Assembly (NCBI RefSeq): GCF_001194135.2
Contig: NC_068984.1
Coordinates: 114,780,286 to 114,844,285, forward strand
DNA: 64,000 bases
Direction: 5' to 3'
From: Octopus bimaculoides
Lineage: Eukaryota
A program made the position numbers and the translations under genes. Shown here piece after piece: positions 37,058-50,061 of the stretch. The notes below the pieces were generated by a model that saw nothing but the letters and a program-made list of their open reading frames with translations, searched no databases and was not told the DNA's origin. Every line of letters starts with the position of its first letter. Positions within the stretch are counted from its first letter, which is position 1.

Positions 37058-37879
37058 TGTGTAAATTAATTGCAGAAGCAATGTATGCAAGGGAGATAAC
37101 TTCTGAGGGCTTATAATGTGAATCATGTGAAATGTTTAATTGGTAGCACACACACTCGTAAAAAAAAAAAAAAAAAAAAGACTTCGGAATGTGTAACAAT
37201 AGCTAACATTCAAAACGACCTCTTGCATGAAATGATGCCAAGTCAAGAAACTGGAAAATTTGATGCATTGCAAATCTTTTCTAACACGTACTAGCTAGTA
37301 TATACAAACGAGTTCAAACAATATATCTAATGATAATTCTAATTTTGGCTCAAAGCCCGAAAATTTGAGTTGTGGGGAGCAAGTCGATTACATCAACCCC
37401 TCTACTTACCCAGCCCGAAATGATGAAAAGAAAAGTAAGCCTTGTTAGAATTTTAACTCAGAAGGTAAAAAACCAGAAGAAATGCTACAGAGAAGTTTGT
37501 TTGAAATGCTAACAATTCTTCCAGCTTGCTGCTATCTGTTCATGAAAATACTAATAATAAGAGAGTATTGTAGTTCGCTCGAAGCATTGTGTATTGTTTG
37601 TAAAGAATAAAAAGTTTAGAATGGTATAACAATGCACTATAGAACAAAAAATGGACTATATACCTGTTGTAACTTGGTTATCTATAGTCCGATGATATTT
37701 CGGAATTACAATTCCTTCTTCAGATCTTATTTGCTGGAGTCTAGAGACTAATAATAAGCTTATTGTATATAATGAGATGTGCTACAACTCGTTGGAAAAG
37801 TGTAAAGGCGGGGTACAGAAAGGGGTAATAAATCAAATAAACAAAGGTATCAATAATAGCCTAATAGATCACAAAAAGA

Positions 37880-38065
37880 CAAAAATGAATTGTAAAAAAG
37901 CCATAAAGAGGAAAAGGTATGTTGAATAATGTCTGAATTTTGGGAAGCGTGCAATTTTTGAAGGAAGCAGTACCCTGACAGGTAACAACCAATATGGATA
38001 GTTTATTCCATGCTTTGACAGTTCTGAGCATGAAACCATGTTTCCTGAGGTCATGGGTGCTATGC
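37880..38065 (-). mobile_element. CR1-like LINE 3' end, second copy
   Basis: HDLRKHGFMLRTVKAWNKL..ASFK; nucleotide similarity to 12690-12800. Confidence 0.6.
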
Positions 38066-38228
38066 AATGCCCGGTCTGGGAATTGAAACCGCAAGCCTAC
38101 GACTGCAAGTCCACTGCCCTAACCACTGGGCCATTGCGCCTTCACAAAGGAGCACTCCGTCGGTTACGACGACAAGAGTCCCAGCTAATACGATCAACGG
38201 AACAGCTTGCTCATGAAATTAACGTAAA
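38065..38228 (-). mobile_element. Fragment of the A'-tail/A-head dimer junction, inverted
   Basis: Reverse complement closely matches about 36605-36770 across the tail-to-head junction. Confidence 0.8.
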
Positions 38229-40149
38229 CATGAATTAGACTACCATCATGAGCTATGTATATATTGGTTTTAAATTTTGGCGCAAAGCCTACAAATTCAA
38301 GGGAGGGGGTAAGTCGATTACATCGACCCCAGTGCTAAACTGGTGCTTATTCTATCGACCCCCAAAAAGGGATGACAGGCTAGGTTGACCTTGGCAGAAT
38401 TTGACCTCTGAATGTAAAGATGGACGAAATGCCACTAAGCATTTTTGCCCAACGCAGTAACAATTCTGCCAGCTCGCTGCTTTCATGAGCTCTAAATATA
38501 TAATTAACTATAGGCAAGAAAGTTTTAAGCATTTCAGCTTACCTATTGAGCTACAGATGCAAAGTACTTTGTTAATTTAATGTCCGTTTTTTTTTTTGTT
38601 GTCATATGTATATATATATGTGTGTGTGTGTCTGTGTTTGTACCCCCAACATCGCTTGACAACCGATGCTGGTGTGTTTACGTCACCGTAACTTAGCGGT
38701 TCGGAAAAAGAGACCGATAGAATAAGTACTAGGCTTACAAAGAATAAGTCCTGGGATCGACTTGCACGACTAAAGGCAGTGCTCCAGCATGGCCACAGTC
38801 AAATGACTGAAACAAGTAAAAGAGTATTGTTTAGAATGTGGAAATGTGTATGATAGACTGCAGTTCTATTAGAGTTAATGTTATGTAGTCTTGAGTTGAG
38901 TATCTACTTTGCTTTCTTCTGTGGAAAATTTTTTATTTGTTCAAGTCAGTTTACTAATACTCGTACTCCGTGTTCCATGAGGAAAGAGCAAAATAAAGTA
39001 AAGAGATCATACACTAATTAGCATTGAATAATTCTTTCTGAAATACATCATCAAAATTTCTTAGTGTTATAAAGAATTATGTAGACTAGCTCTGCTGTTT
39101 AACAGACATTTATCACCATCAATAGTTAATGTCCGTTTTCCATGCTGGAATGGGTTGGATGGTATAACAGGATCTAAGAAGCCATAGGACAGCACTGGGC
39201 TCCAATGCTGGCTTTGACATGTTTTCTATAACTAGATGCCCTTCCTAACACCAGCCTCTTTACATTATATCTATTGCTTTTTTTCGTAACCCCAGCACTA
39301 ATGAGATCGCCAAGTAACTTGCAAGACAAAGTAAAGAAAGGGAAAAAAAAAACTCTTGACTGAGTGAGGGGTATATCTGAGAGAGTGGGAGGTAGCTTTA
39401 AGCCAGGTGTTGAAGGCTACAGTAAGAGAGAAAGCATAGAAAAGTGGGCATAGAAATGATGGATGACTGATGATAAACATACACACATACATGCATACAT
39501 ACATTTCAAATTTTAGCACAAAGCCAGCAATTTTGGGGAAGTGGGGAAGTTGATTACATTGACCCCAGTGTTCAACTGCTACTTATTTTATCAACCCTAA
39601 AAGGATGAAAGGCAGCCTTGGCAGAATTTGATCTCAGAACATAAATATGGGTAAAAATTCTGCTAAGCATTTTACCCAGTATGCTAATGATTCTTATTTC
39701 TTTATTGCCCACAAGGGGCTAAACATAGAGGGGACAAACAAGGACAGACAAATGGATTAAGTCTATTACATCGAACCCAGTGTGTAACTGGTACTTAATC
39801 TATCGACCCCGAAAGGATGAAAGGCAAAGTCAACTTCGGCGGAATTTGAACTCAGAATGTAACGGCAAACAAAATACCGCTAAGCATTTCGCCCGCCATG
39901 CTAATGATTCTACCAACTCGCTGCCTTATGCTAATGATTTGTCACCAGTATGCTAATAATTCTGCCAGCTTACTGCCTTTATACATGCAAACATATTGAC
40001 AAGAAGTAAGCTACTGACAGCCTATATAATCATATAATGAGTCATCGAATCAACTTATGTGATGTGTCAAGGGTATATTTGCCTTTCAAAACATCTCTCT
40101 CTCTCTCTCTTTTAATTTGAAAGATATGGGCTACTATTTAATATTACAA

Positions 40150-40420
40150 GTTCAAAGGAGTGAAGTTGGGAAGTAAAAATGCATCACAGACACTGTTTGT
40201 TGAAAGCTTACTCTCTGAGGGAAAAGATTTTCTCTCCAGTGAAGGACAGATTATATTATGCTTGTGTATCAAGTGCAATATTATATGGGAGTAAAACAAG
40301 GACAATAATTATGAAGAATTGCGCTGACACTAGAAATGAATTAGGGACGCATGTTCTATTTGATGTGTAATGTTAGCATGCATAAATGATGGAGCACAAA
40401 TGAACTGAGAGAAAAATAAT
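40150..40420 (+). mobile_element. Degenerate RTE LINE RT C-terminal fragment
   Basis: SPVKDRLYYACVSSAILYGSKT...NELREK resembles the RTE motif KGRLY.ACVRSAMLYGSETW. Confidence 0.65.
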
Positions 40421-40569
40421 GTGTGTATGTGCGTGCATATGTGATGTGTCATCATCATCATTTAACATTCACTTTTCCATGCCTGCATGGGCTGAATGGT
40501 GATTATGGAGGCAGATTTTCTATACTCAGATACCTTTCCTGTCACTAATCCTTTCTTGTTTCACAGCAA

Positions 40570-40910
40570 CTCTTTTACTTGTTCCAGTCATTTGACTGTG
40601 GCCATACTGGAGCACCGCCTTTAGTCGAGAAAATCGACCCCAGGACTTATTCTTTGTAAGCCTAGTACTTATTCTATCGGTCTCTTTTTGCCGAACCGCT
40701 AAGTTACGGGGGACGTAAACACACCAGCATCGGTTGTCAAGCGATGGTGGGGGGACAAACACAAACACACATATATATATACATATATACGACGGGCTTC
40801 TTTCAGTTTCCGTCTACCAAATCCACTCAGAAGGTTTTGGTCGGCCCGAGGCTATAGTAGAAGACACTTACCCAAGGTGCCACGCAGTGGGACTGAACCC
40901 GGAACCATGT
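40570..40910 (-). mobile_element. SINE family B, 5'-truncated
   Basis: Reverse complement of the family B body. Further partial copies at about 3700-3865(-), 10060-10260(+), 26305-26470(-), 26735-27075(+), 31563-31736(+), 38625-38826(+), 41070-41235(-), 43318-43545(-), 46020-46340(+), 47330-47520(-), 58620-58780(+). Confidence 0.85.
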
Positions 40911-41722
40911 TGATATTTTTTGCAGAATATTGGACATGAATGACACTGCTTGTGTGACAGTTTCATTCATTTACAACTATCACCCAATATCAAAACAAAG
41001 GGACACAAACACACACACAGAGTCATGCTCATACACACATACCTTCACGCAAACACATTCACACACACATGTAGGATAGACTTCTTTCAGGGTTCGGTTC
41101 ACTAAATCCACTCACAAGGCTTTGGTCAGCCTGTAGCTTTAAGAGAAAATACTTGCCCAGGTGTCATACAGTGGGACTGAATCCAAAATGATGTGGTTCG
41201 GAAACAAACTTCTTAACTATGCCACCATAACTGTGCCTGTTATTATAAGAAATTTGAAGTTTACAAATAATAAATGGGATCTTACCTTTTCTTTATCCTC
41301 CATATGTAATAGGCACTTTTTAAAAAATATCTGTTTGTGTAGTTTCTGTGGCCATGATACTTAATGCTAAGTTCATTTAGTTCTAAATAAAGATTTGATC
41401 AGTTTGTGTAAGTGTTGAAAAATTGTACATTGCTTTTCTTAGTCGGTTCTGCTAAAATTCAAGTTTTCCTGTTTGCTGCTTTGAATTACTATAGGAAAAC
41501 CACATTTATCAGCAATGCTCCTTAAATCTTATTGAGTCATATCAGTGTTAGACTTGTTGTATACTTCCGTTACACAAAACAAATATCTTTATTCTTATAT
41601 ATATATATCTCCAATGGAAGCCACTTATAATCATACATATTACCAAATGGTTATTGTTATCAGTCAACTGTTTTTATTGAAAGGCCTTCATCCTAAAAGG
41701 ATCATAATAAGAGGCCTCCAGT

Positions 41723-41765
<43 letters not shown>

Positions 41766-42902
41766 AAAAGCACTTAGTCCACTCTATGGGGTAGTTAGTG
41801 TTGGGAAGGGCATCCAGCAGTAAAAATCATGCCAAAACAGACACAGTAGCCTGGCTGGTTCCTGTCAAGCCATCCAACCCATGCCAGCATGGAAGACGGA
41901 CGTTAGATGAAGATGATACATACATGATTACATACAAATTACGTCTTGGTTTTGTTTAGTGGCTAAAATTAAAGCATGTTTGATGTTCTAATTTGCTTCA
42001 TAAATTTTCTTCCTCCTCTAGTTTCCATTTGAAAAGTATCCATTGGTAATGCCAATTGTCCAGTTGTACGTGTGTGCAAACTATATGTTAATGGAGAGTC
42101 TATAGTGGTCTTCATTGCAGTCTATATATGACTGAAAATAAGGCTTAGGGAAGGAAATCAGTTAAATTTAATAACCTGATATAAAGATATGTTTGCTTTT
42201 GTTACTAGAACTTTGACCCGGATAAGTTTTCAATTTCCTTTTAGTTTTTAATATACTTGGTAATATTCAAATTCCTTCTCATAAAATTAGTAATCCAGAA
42301 CCAGTGTTTTATTACACTTCATTTTATAAAACATAGATATATTATACAAGTTCCTTTTTGAAAAATATACTTGACTTGTGAATATTTTCTCAACCTGCAA
42401 ATATCTTGAACTTTATTCTCGTAAATAAATAACTATGTTAGCATTATTATTTACATTACTTTCTTTCTCTCTATTTGTTAAAATGGACTTTGTACTTATT
42501 TCAAAAATGCATTTTATGCAGTTATCAGCTTAGTAATTTAAGTGCACACTTGACAATTGCTATCTTCTTGCATATTTTCTGTGTTAATAATATCAAGAAT
42601 TAGAATAAAATGGAAAGAAATGGGAGATCACTAGACGAAATTTCCCTACAATATTTAATTGTATGAGTCTGTTAGTGAGTGTGTGTTTGTTACGTATGTT
42701 AGGCTGATGTCTGAGAAGCAAATAAAAAATAAAAATTTTGCTACACAGTGTAATTATTTACTTCTACCAAGAAAGAAAGATAGATAGATAGACAGACAAC
42801 TATCTATCTATCTATCTATCTATCTATTTATCTATATAGCTAGCTATATATATATATATAAATATTTGTATGTATGTATTTATTTATGTGTATATATTAT
42901 AT

Positions 42903-43290
42903 GTGGAGGCGCAATAGCCCAGTGGTTAGGGCAGCGGACTCGTGGTCACAGGATCGCGGTTTTGATTCCCAGACCGGGCGTTGTGAGTGTTTATTGAGCG
43001 AAAACACCTAAAGCTCCACGAGGCTCCTGCAGGGGATGGTGGCGAACCCTGCTGTACTCTTTTACCACAACTTTCTCTCACTCTTACTTCCTGTTTCTGT
43101 TGTGCCTGTAATTCAAAGGGTCAGCCTTGTCACACTGTGTCACGCTGAATATCCCCGAGAACTACGTTAAGGGTACACATGTCTGTGGAGTGCTCAGCCA
43201 CTTGCACGTTAATTTCACGAGCAGGCTGTTCCGTTGATCAGATCGACTGGAACCCTCGACGTCGTAAGCGACGGAGTGCCAACAACAACA
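42903..43290 (+). mobile_element. SINE family A
   Basis: Full-length copy from GTGGAGGCGC to GGAGTGCCAACAACAACA. Confidence 0.9.
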
Positions 43291-43553
43291 TATATCATAT
43301 ATATATATATATATATTTTACTCTCTTACATGTTTCAGTCATTAGACTGTGGCCATGCTAGTGTGCTGCCTTTAGTCAAAGATACTGACTCCAGGACTTA
43401 TTGTTTGTAAGCCTAGTACTTATTCTATCAGTCTCTTTTGCGAAACCGCTAAGTTTCAGGGACGTAAACACACCAACATTGGTTGTCTAGTGATGGTGGG
43501 GAGGCGGGGCAGACAAACACAGACACAAAGACACACACACATAAATATATATA

Positions 43554-45110
43554 CAGGCATACCTCGACTTAAGTCATTTCGATTATATGTCGTTTTTCAA
43601 AAATAATATATGAAAAAATAAAAATCAAGTCAAGTCATTTTACTCGACTTTACATCTGTCTGCCACAAATATTGGAATCATAAAATTACTAGAAAACCGT
43701 TAAAAGCACATAAAATCATGTTACTGTACAATAAATAAGAATAAAAGCATATAAAATCATATTAAAATATGTACTGTAAATGTTAAGATACACACCATAA
43801 AGTAAGCGAAATCATGAAATCAGCCGTGTTGTCTTATTTATCGGTCTTTTGGAGCTCATATTGTACAGTATCCCAATATCTACCATTAGGTGTCGTTGTC
43901 ACTTGTGATTCCTGCGATTGTTCTGAATGCAGATTTGCTTATGTCTGTTTATTGGCTACTTTCTCATTCTCGTTCATTTGTGGCTTTATTTTTTGCCCCT
44001 ATGGTTCCTAAGAAAATTCATAGTGAAAGTGCTAAGCGTCATGCTATAGTGCTGGAAGATAAACTGGCTATGATAAAATGCCATGAAAGAGATGAAAAAG
44101 TGGTAGTAATTGCATGATCTTTTGGGATGAGTCAGACAACTGTATTGATTATTGTACATCATAAAGACAAGATTTTAGCACGTGTCAGATCTGAAGCACC
44201 AGGGATGAAGAACACTGTCAATAAGAAAAGAGGCAAAATCTTTGAAGAACTGGAAAGTCTTCTTTTTCTTTGGATTGTTAGATTGAATCGTCAGCATGCT
44301 ACTATTAGTCAAGAAATCATTCAAGAGAAAGTGTTGTCTTTGTTTGAGAACCTGAAGAAAAAAATATCCAAATGAGAAAGATGTAGAGTTCAAGGCAAGT
44401 CAAGGATGGTTCATGAGATTTAAGGAGCAAAGAAGTTATCACTCCTTTAAGAAGCAAGGTGAAAGTGCATGAGCTGTTGAACAAGCAGCAGAATTTCCTA
44501 ATGCATTAAAGAAAATAATCGAAGAAAACAGGTTTCTTCCCGAACAGATTTTCAACGTAGATGAAACTGGATTGTATTGGAAAAAATTGCCAGACCGTTC
44601 ATTCATTCTCAAGGAGAAAACTATTTCAGGCTGCAAGGTCTCAAAAGAATGTGTGACCGTTATTGTTAGAAGGTAATTTTACAGATTTTAAGTTAAAACC
44701 ATTGCTTGTGTCATGCACACAACTCCTGTGCCCAGAAGAACATACCCAAGGCATCTCTCTCTATTATATGGATGGTTAATTCAAAAGCATGGGTTACTGT
44801 TGTTGTTTTTGAAGATTGGTTCTTCAATCATTTTATTCTAGCAGCAGAGAAGTACTGAAAGGAAAAGGGAATTCCTTTTAAGGTTTTACTTATCTTAGGT
44901 AATGCTCCTGGCCACCTGCAAAACATCGTAGATTTTGACCCCAATGTTACCGTCGTATACCTCCCTCCGAACACCATGTCTCTTCTGCAGCCAATGGATA
45001 AGGGAATAATTGCTATCTTCAAGCGTTACTATATGAAGTGTATGTTGCGGCAAGCAATAACTGCAACTGATCTTGATGAGTCCGTCACACTTTGTGACTT
45101 TTTTTTTCAT
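43554..45110 (+). mobile_element. pogo/Tigger DNA transposon, transposase pseudogene, right end missing
   Basis: TA + CAGGCATACCTCG terminus. From 44001: CENP-B-type HTH (KRGKIFEELESLLFLWI..EIIQEKVLSLFENLK..FKASQGWFMRFK), DDE region EQIFNVDETGLYWKKLPDRSFI, SKAWVTVVVFEDWF, NAPGH, LPPNTMSLLQPMDKGIIA; stops and frameshifts. Confidence 0.9.
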
Positions 45111-45510
45111 ATTCGTTTACTACATGTTGTACATCTATTACACGATTAAAAAATTTTATTTTTGCTCAAGTCAAACACTAGAATTTAAAGGTCATGGTCT
45201 GACGATGTGAATTTTCCGATTTCTCTCCTCCACCACCCCTGTTCACAAGCATGCATTTTTTTCATATTCGTTTAGAGCAAGTTGTTTTACACCTATTACA
45301 CTATTTTTTCTTTTTCTTGCTCAGGTCAAACACTAGAGTTTAAAGGCCATGGTCTGACGATGTGAATTTTCCGATTTCTCTCCTCCACCACCCCTGTTCA
45401 CAAGCATGCATTTTNNNNNNNNNNTGCATTTTTTTCATATTCGTTTAGAGCAAGTTGTTTTACACCTATTACACTATTTTTTCTCTTTTGTTTTTTGCTC
45501 GGGTCAAACC
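45100..45510. repeat. Tandem repeat, about 155-bp unit, about 2.5 copies, spanning a 10-N gap
   Basis: CATATTCG starts at 45108, 45263 and 45436; GGTCTGACGATGTGAATTTTCCGATTTCTCTCCTCCACCACCCCTGTTCACAAGCATGC occurs twice. Confidence 0.85.
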
Positions 45511-45659
45511 CTTTAGTTTGGACCAAAACCTTTTAGTGTTTTTACTGTTTTTTGAATAAAGAACAGCATAAAAATAAGAAATAAATTCATAACAACCATT
45601 GCATTTGTTTCAATCATTTACTTTAATATAAAATACTAATAAAAACTAATCTCAAAAAT

Positions 45660-48600
45660 TCATTTAGCTTTAATTAATAAGCTTTTCGCAAACCAGGAAG
45701 GTCTCGTTTTCTTCACTTTCACAACGTATTTATCATGAATACTTTCTTCTTTTTCATTTTCATAAAGCACCACTACTTCTTTCAGAGGAGCAGAATATTT
45801 CAGATCATCTTTGAAAGCTTTCTGCATGAGTTTAGTCTCTTGTCGTACTTTATCGTAGCAGTTACCTGTTCAAAGTGAGACAGAAAGACAATAATGACAG
45901 GTAATGAAATTGAATAATTTCTTATATTATATCTCATCTCTCAGTCACAAGTCACTCTTTCTAAGTACTGATTTCCCTATATATTTGATATAACAAGTCA
46001 CTAATAATATACAACTTGCAATCACTGTGGTTAAGAAGTATGCTTTACAACCATGCGATGCAGGTGGGATCTTCCTCAGTGGTACTTTGGACAAGTTTCT
46101 TTTACCAAAGCTTTGGACTGACCAATGTTTTGTGATTTGAGTATGGAAACAGTGTGGAAATGTAATGCCTATTTTTTCACAATGTATGTTGGCCAAAAGA
46201 TCAATGAAGTGGTTTGCTTTGCTATCATATGGTTTTGGGTTCCACTCCCTGCATGCCCTGTTAGATATGTGCCTTTTACTATACCCTTGGGCTGACTAAT
46301 ATCTCACAAGTGAAATTTGTTGAATGGAAACTGTATAGAAGCCTGTTGTGAATGTGTGTGCTTCAGCATGTTTCACATTGTCACCATATTAACAAAAATG
46401 GTAAGTGTTTACATCAGATGCTGGCAGAATCGTTAGCATGCCAGGCGAAATTCTTAACAATATTTCCTCTGACACTATGTTCTGAGTTCAAATTCCGCCA
46501 AAGTCGACTTTGCTTTTCATCCTTTCGGGGTCGATTAAATAAGTACCAGATACGCACTGGGGTCAATGTAATTGACTTAGTCCCTTTGTCTGTCCTTGTT
46601 TGTCCCCTCTTTGTTTAGCCCCTTGTGGGCAATAAAGAATTAAATAATGCCTAATAGCTTAGCAGTTTTATCATGTGTGAAGATCAGTGGAATAAAATAC
46701 CTTACTTGAAAAAGAGGTAGAAGTTGGCAACAGGAGGAGCATCTGGCTACAGAATACTGCCTTATAGTAAAAGGAGCAAATGTAAAAAGGGTGATGATGA
46801 CGTTTTTGAATAAAAATACCCTGTACAGTGTTTGTTCTGCCTGAGTTGCAGAGACAATCTCATGTTTTTCTATCCACTAAAAACAGTAAATTGGTGACCA
46901 AAATTACTATTATTCACCAAATGTATTAAAATCGATAAATTAGATAGCAATAAGTTCTACAGATGTCATGTATCTGCTACATATTAAGATTAAGGATTTT
47001 CAGTTAATTAATTTCATCTTTAGAGATGCGTCAGTGTCCTAGAGTATAAAAACATTATTACTCTCAATTTAGAAATTATAGCTCCAAGTGTGAATTAAAT
47101 CTGGTACCACATACACCTCCAGGGATAACATAAACTGAAATGTAATGCATATCATCATCATCATGATAACATCTACTTTTCCAAGCTAGCACAGATCAGA
47201 TGCCCTTCCTGTTGCAAACCCTCACCTATTTCAAAGTAAAGTAAAAAGTCTTCCATGGCCAGACATATTTTCAAAGAAGACTAGGAACTTGTGTGATGCT
47301 GACACTATCTTACAACTATCATGTGATGTCTGAGATGGGGAGACACAAACAAACACACTCACATATATATATGATGGACTTCTTTCAGTTTCTGTTAACT
47401 GAATCCACTCACAGAGCTTTGTTGACTTGGAGCAGTAGTAGAAAACACTTGCCCACGGTGCCATGCAGTGGGACTGAACCCAAAACCACATGGTTGGGAA
47501 GTGAGCCTTTTAACAACACTGCTATACCCAATATAAAATTTTACTTTGTTCATCATCGTTTACTGTCTGCTTTCCATGCTGGCATGGATTGGACAGTTTG
47601 ACATGGAGCTGTCCAGGGACCAACTGTCTGTTGTGGCATGGCTTCTACAGCTGGATGCCCTTCCTAATGCCAACCACTTAGCAGAGTGTGCTGGATGCTT
47701 TTTATGTGCCACTAGCATAGGTGCTTCCCAAGTGGCATATCATTTAAAAAATAGTCTGCACTACAGTATATTCCACTTCTTAAGTCTACACCTTTTATTT
47801 AACTACATTTTTTCTTGTGTCTTCCGTCATGGGTGCCTTCTATTCACATGTTGTTGGCACTCCGTCGCTTACGACGTCGAGGGTTCCAGTTGATCTGATC
47901 AATGGAACGGCCAGCTCGTGAAATTAACGTGCAAGTGGCTGAGCACTCCACAGACACGTGTACCCTTATCGTAGTTCTCAGGGATATTCAGCGTGACACA
48001 GTGTGACAAGGCTGACCCTTTGAATTACAGGCACAACAGAAACAGGAAGAGTGAGAGAAAGTTGTGGTGAAAGAGTACAGCAGGGTTCGCCACCATCCCT
48101 TGCTGGAGCCTCGTGGAGCTTTAGGTGTTTTCGTTCAATAAACACTCACAACGCCCGGTCTGGGAATAGAAAGGGCGATATTATGACGACGAGTCGGCTG
48201 CCCTAACAACTGGGCCATTGCGCCTCCACTCACAACATGTAACACAATTATGAAATAATAAAAGTAACAACAATATTGCCAAGAAACTAATTGTGTTTAA
48301 TAAGATGATATGAGATTCTTTAACAGTTCTTACCGCAAATAGTGTCATTTTCGTGATAATGTCCACACTGAAGACATGCAATAATATTTTGCTTTGGTCT
48401 TGCATGTTCAAAATGTTTCAGTTCTGACATTTTGCGTATTTTACGTTTTTCAGTTGATCGTCTGCTTTTTGGGGCACCCCACAAGAAACTTTCAAAAATG
48501 GAATCAAGAATATTTGAGGCCTTCTGGTAAACGTCATTTTCGGTATCGGTTGTAACAAATGCTAGAGCTGGTTCTGAAACATGAATTTAATATTTCCATT

Positions 48601-50027
48601 AATTAATTAATAAATTAATAATTTGTGTATAACTAATAAAAAAAAATATTATAAACTTCTTTCATTGTATTTATAATATGGATTAGAAATTTTCTAATAT
48701 ATTCTTTTCTAATTTCCTAAAAGACTTTCCTCAGAATTGGGTACATGTTTTCAACACACAGGTAGTTTATCAAAGAAATAGCTTTTTCTCCAGTTTCAAG
48801 AAGGTAGGCTGTAGGCTTGTAGTACTTCTGGAGATGGAGCACAAAGAATATTATAGACCAGATTTTAAAGAAGGAAATTAAACAAATAATAATTATCGCC
48901 ACCATTTCTGTTTTATGTCTGCTGTCCAAGCTAGTATGAGCTGGATAAATCTGTCTCCCAAATTAGGTTGGTAGGCAGAGGGTTACCACATGTTTCATTT
49001 TGGCTTAGTTTTGATGGCTAGATGCCCTTTCCTAGTACCAGCCACTTTACAGAGAGTAGGAGATGCTTGTCTATGCCACTGGCATAGAGGTAACTTTAAT
49101 CACGTCCTTGACTAGACTAAAGGGTCTTAACAATCACACACTTTACAATGTGTACTGGATGTGTTTTTTATGACACCATCACTAAAGAGTTATCCATGTC
49201 CTCATCACCACTAAAGGAACTTTATAACACCATGTCGCTGTCTGCTCATCAATCTCTTTACAAAGAAGCACGAGTGATGGGAGAAATGCCTAATAGTGGA
49301 ATGAGTGACAGGAGTACTCTGTATTCTGAGAAAGGTATTCAAGGCAATATGACTGGGATAGTAGGGAGGTGGCAGAAATCTATGTTAGCCAGGGGATAGA
49401 GTGATGGCAGAAGCACAGGACGTGAAGGAAAAAAAGTAATCTAAATTAAAACCTTCCATCAAAATCCCATGTAAATTTAGATTTTAAACATCTGCTTAAT
49501 AATGGAAAGTTATTTTGCTTCAATTCTTCATTATTTTGAAAATTAACTGAAACAAAAGCAGCATATTCTAACAGAAATTTAGTAACAAAAGGGTTAATGC
49601 TTCTGGTTTAAAGTGAACAGGCTCTAGTTTTCTAGTACCTTTGATAACAGAGTTCAGAAGGATTCTTTTTTCACTGAATAACGTTAGAAGTTAACTGTAG
49701 GTTGAAGTAAGGGAGATAATTCGTTTATCACCTGATACTTTTTTTTTTTACTTGCTCAGGTTAAAAGAAGACACAGTGCCCATAGGTTTTCAGACCTCTT
49801 GGCACAGGTAAAACTGAAGCTATTAAGGTTCTTCTTGAATGTTTGTAAGACAATACTTGCAGAAAGACATGAACAGGCAAGAATTTCAAGAGGAACGATG
49901 ATCTACGACGGAAAGCCGAAATGGGAGATTAATACGGGGCCTGAGAGAGTTGGTCATAAGAGAGGAGTTGGTAGATAGAGGCGACATGAGTTCAACCATT
50001 TCCGAGAAACAGAAGCCATTATAATTG

Positions 50028-50061
<34 letters not shown>

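Noticed and set aside
42770-42830. Inverted (AGAT)n/(ATCT)n forming a hairpin
   Set aside because: Low-complexity microsatellite juxtaposition within a larger simple-repeat cluster.
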